Made by a program: the position numbers and the translations under genes
Shown: piece by piece, positions 1-918 of the stretch
Numbering within the stretch: position 1 is the stretch's first letter
How the letters are laid out: every line of letters starts with the position of its first letter
The notes under the pieces: generated by a model
What the model saw: the letters and a program-made list of their open reading frames with translations, nothing else
Told to the model about the DNA's origin: nothing
Database searches by the model: none
Assembly: GCA_049968235.1 (NCBI GenBank)
Contig: JBMFRC010000044.1
Location: 1-918, forward strand
Source: Candidatus Hydrogenedens sp.
GTDB taxonomy: Bacteria > Hydrogenedentota > Hydrogenedentia > Hydrogenedentales > Hydrogenedentaceae
Length of the DNA stretch: 918 nucleotides
Reading direction: 5' to 3'

Positions 1-194
1 GAAGAAAAAGGGTCGAAGTTGAAGACATATTAAACATTAAAATCCCTCTTCCTCCCCTTGAAACCCAGCAAAAGATTGTGGAGGAGTTGGACCGGGAGAT
101 GGAGGCACTGGAAAAAGTAAAACTCCTCAAAGAAAAAGCAGAAAAAAGGATTGAGGAGATTTTGGATGAGGTATGGGGAGAGGAAAATAATTAA
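1..194 (+). CDS. hsdS: Type I restriction-modification system specificity subunit HsdS, C-terminal end. The CDS is 5'-partial: codon phase begins at nt 3 and the stop is TAA at 192-194.
   Basis: Translation of nt 3-191 gives RKRVEVEDILNIKIPLPPLETQQKIVEELDREMEALEKVKLLKEKAEKRIEEILDEVWGEENN. The 'IPLPPLE-QQ-IV--LD' segment (nt 42-92) is the hallmark conserved distal helix of HsdS proteins, followed by a charged E/K-rich helical tail. The frame is open from the window edge. Codon usage is GAG/GAA-rich, consistent with coding sequence. Confidence 0.85.
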   Translation, partial: RKRVEVEDILNIKIPLPPLETQQKIVEELDREMEALEKVKLLKEKAEKRIEEILDEVWGEENN

Positions 195-200
195 ATTATG
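177..200 (+). promoter_or_regulatory. Translational-coupling junction between hsdS and the RhuM-family gene: a weak Shine-Dalgarno-like GGAGAGG (177-183) inside the hsdS 3' end, the hsdS stop TAA (192-194), a 3-nt spacer, then ATG (198-200).
   Basis: The purine-rich GGAGAGGAAA lies 14-21 nt upstream of the ATG. That spacing is longer than the 5-10 nt optimum, so ribosome-binding-site strength is doubtful. The stop-to-start distance of 3 nt is seen directly and is typical of coupled operon genes. Confidence 0.35.
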
Positions 201-918
201 AAATCACAGGCACCGCAAAACATTGTCATCTACAAAACCAAAAACGGTCCTGAGTTATCAGTAAAACTTGAAAAAGAAACGCTATGGCTAACGCAAAGGC
301 AAATGGCTATTCTTTTTGATAAAGATACCGATACAATTGGATTACACTTAAAAAATATATTCTCTGAAGGGGAACTTGATGAGAAGGCAACTACCGAGTT
401 TTTCTCGGTAGTTCAGATGGAAGGCAACAGAAAAGTCAAAAGAACTATAAAATTTTATAATTTAGATGCAATAATTTCCGTTGGATACAGGGTGAACTCC
501 AAGAGAGGTACTCAATTCCGTATCTGGGCAACTAAAGTTTTAAAAAATTACCTTGTTCAGGGTTATGCTATAAACGAGAAAAGATTACTGGAGCAAACTC
601 AAAAACTAAAAGAACTTCAAAATACAATAAATTATATCACCGGGAAATCTTCTCATCCAGAATTAAAAGGGCAGACAGAAGAATTACTATCACTGATTCA
701 GCAATATGCCAATTCATTTACTTTACTTTATCAATATGACGAAAATAAAATTACCACCTATAAAACAAAAAAATCAAAGTTTATTTTGAAATATGATGAG
801 TGTAAAGATTTAATTGAAGGGCTAAAACAAAAATTTAAAGAAAAAAATGAAGCGAGTACTTTGTTTGGCAAGGAAGTAAATAATAAGTTTAGATCAGTTA
901 TGGGAGCAATTTATCAGA
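198..918 (+). CDS. RhuM-family (Virulence_RhuM-like, Fic/DOC-associated) protein of unknown function, 3'-partial. It starts at ATG 198-200, spans 240 complete codons within the window, and continues beyond nt 918.
   Basis: The ORF is uninterrupted from ATG 198 to the window end; I checked every codon by hand. The N-terminus 'IVIYKTKNGPELSVKLEKETLWLTQRQMAILFDKDTDTIGLHLKNIFSEGEL' matches the characteristic RhuM N-terminal pattern (I-Y-T-DG--...E-ETVWL-Q-QMA-LF......I--HI-NIF-EGEL). The core 'FYNLDAIISVGYRVNSKRGTQFRIWAT' (nt 453-533) matches the family's most conserved block. The family assignment comes from recalled sequence patterns, not from a database search. Confidence 0.75.
   Translation, partial: MKSQAPQNIVIYKTKNGPELSVKLEKETLWLTQRQMAILFDKDTDTIGLHLKNIFSEGELDEKATTEFFSVVQMEGNRKVKRTIKFYNLDAIISVGYRVNSKRGTQFRIWATKVLKNYLVQGYAINEKRLLEQTQKLKELQNTINYITGKSSHPELKGQTEELLSLIQQYANSFTLLYQYDENKITTYKTKKSKFILKYDECKDLIEGLKQKFKEKNEASTLFGKEVNNKFRSVMGAIYQ
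276..362 (+). other. Predicted helix-turn-helix-like segment of the RhuM-family N-terminal domain (ETLWLTQRQMAILFDKDTDTIGLHLKNIF).
   Basis: The pattern is: a hydrophobic or amphipathic helix (TQRQMAILF), a short polar turn (DKDTDT), then a second helix with basic and polar residues (IGLHLKNIF). This resembles a helix-turn-helix (HTH) DNA-binding unit. It is inferred from the residue pattern only. Confidence 0.3.

Noticed and set aside
99-101. In-frame ATG at nt 99 as an alternative start of a small ORF.
   Set aside because: It lies within the continuous HsdS reading frame (the Met in ...LDREMEALEK...), which is open from the window edge. It has no independent Shine-Dalgarno and there is no reason to invoke a separate gene.
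58-197. Internal promoter for the downstream gene inside the hsdS 3' end (e.g. TTGAAA at 58-63, or the AT-rich 'taattaaat' at 188-196 as a -10).
   Set aside because: No TATAAT-like hexamer lies 16-19 nt downstream of the TTGAAA. The AT-rich stretch at 188-196 abuts the ATG, leaving no room for a transcript leader. The stretch is simply the Asn-Asn-stop codons of hsdS.
188-200. Intrinsic terminator or attenuator between the two genes.
   Set aside because: The gap is 3 nt. No GC-rich inverted repeat followed by a U-tract exists anywhere near the junction.
767-847. Two A7 homopolymer runs inside the ORF (nt 767-773 and 841-847) as possible slipped-strand phase-variation switches.
   Set aside because: In a genome of roughly 30% GC with heavy AAA (Lys) usage, A7 runs are expected by chance. 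Functional poly-A or poly-T phase-variation tracts are usually 9 nt or longer. Neither run sits at a start codon or promoter spacer.
1-918. Overlapping or antisense ORF on the minus strand.
   Set aside because: Plus-strand TTA/CTA/TCA triplets, which are minus-strand stops, are very frequent and occur repeatedly in register (e.g. tta at 255, 342, 348, 462, 540, 585, 663, 684, 723, 810; cta at 282, 288, 606, 687). I saw no long open antisense frame. The strong + strand codon periodicity explains the whole window.
1-918. CRISPR repeats, IS/transposon inverted repeats, integrase att sites, tRNA or rRNA.
   Set aside because: No repeated 20 nt or longer unit, no terminal inverted repeats and no cloverleaf-compatible segment. 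The whole window is accounted for by two collinear protein-coding genes.

Overview
This 918-nt window is almost entirely coding on the + strand and covers the junction of two genes. (1) nt 1-194 is the 3' end of a type I restriction-modification specificity subunit gene (hsdS). Reading in the frame whose codons start at nt 3 gives RKRVEVEDILNIKIPLPPLETQQKIVEELDREMEALEKVKLLKEKAEKRIEEILDEVWGEENN*, which contains the classic HsdS distal conserved 'IPLPPLE(E/T)QQ(K/R)IV..LD' helix. The stop codon is TAA at 192-194. (2) nt 198-918 is an ORF that starts at ATG 198-200, only 3 nt after the hsdS stop. It runs for 240 codons without a stop and continues off the 3' edge of the window. Its product (MKSQAPQNIVIYKTKNGPELSVKLEKETLWLTQRQMAILFDKDTDTIGLHLKNIFSEGELDEKATTEFFSVVQMEGNRKVKRTIKFYNLDAIISVGYRVNSKRGTQFRIWATKVLKNYLVQGYAINEKRL...) has the N-terminal architecture and the 'YNLD.IISVGYRV.S.RGTQFR.WAT' signature that I recognise from the RhuM family (Pfam Virulence_RhuM-like; often annotated 'virulence protein RhuM', 'Fic/DOC-related' or 'death-on-curing'). 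These uncharacterised genes are frequently found embedded inside type I R-M (hsd) loci. The host is low-GC with AAA/GAA/AAT-rich codon usage; its taxon cannot be determined from this sequence alone. The window contains no rRNA, tRNA, CRISPR array, transposon end or intrinsic terminator. The most interesting aspect is the tight translational coupling of an uncharacterised RhuM-family gene to hsdS, which by analogy with PrrC/RloC-type genes embedded in hsd loci suggests an R-M-linked accessory (defence or toxin-like) module. That is a hypothesis, not something the sequence proves. The RhuM family itself is already described, so I cannot claim a wholly novel system from this window.
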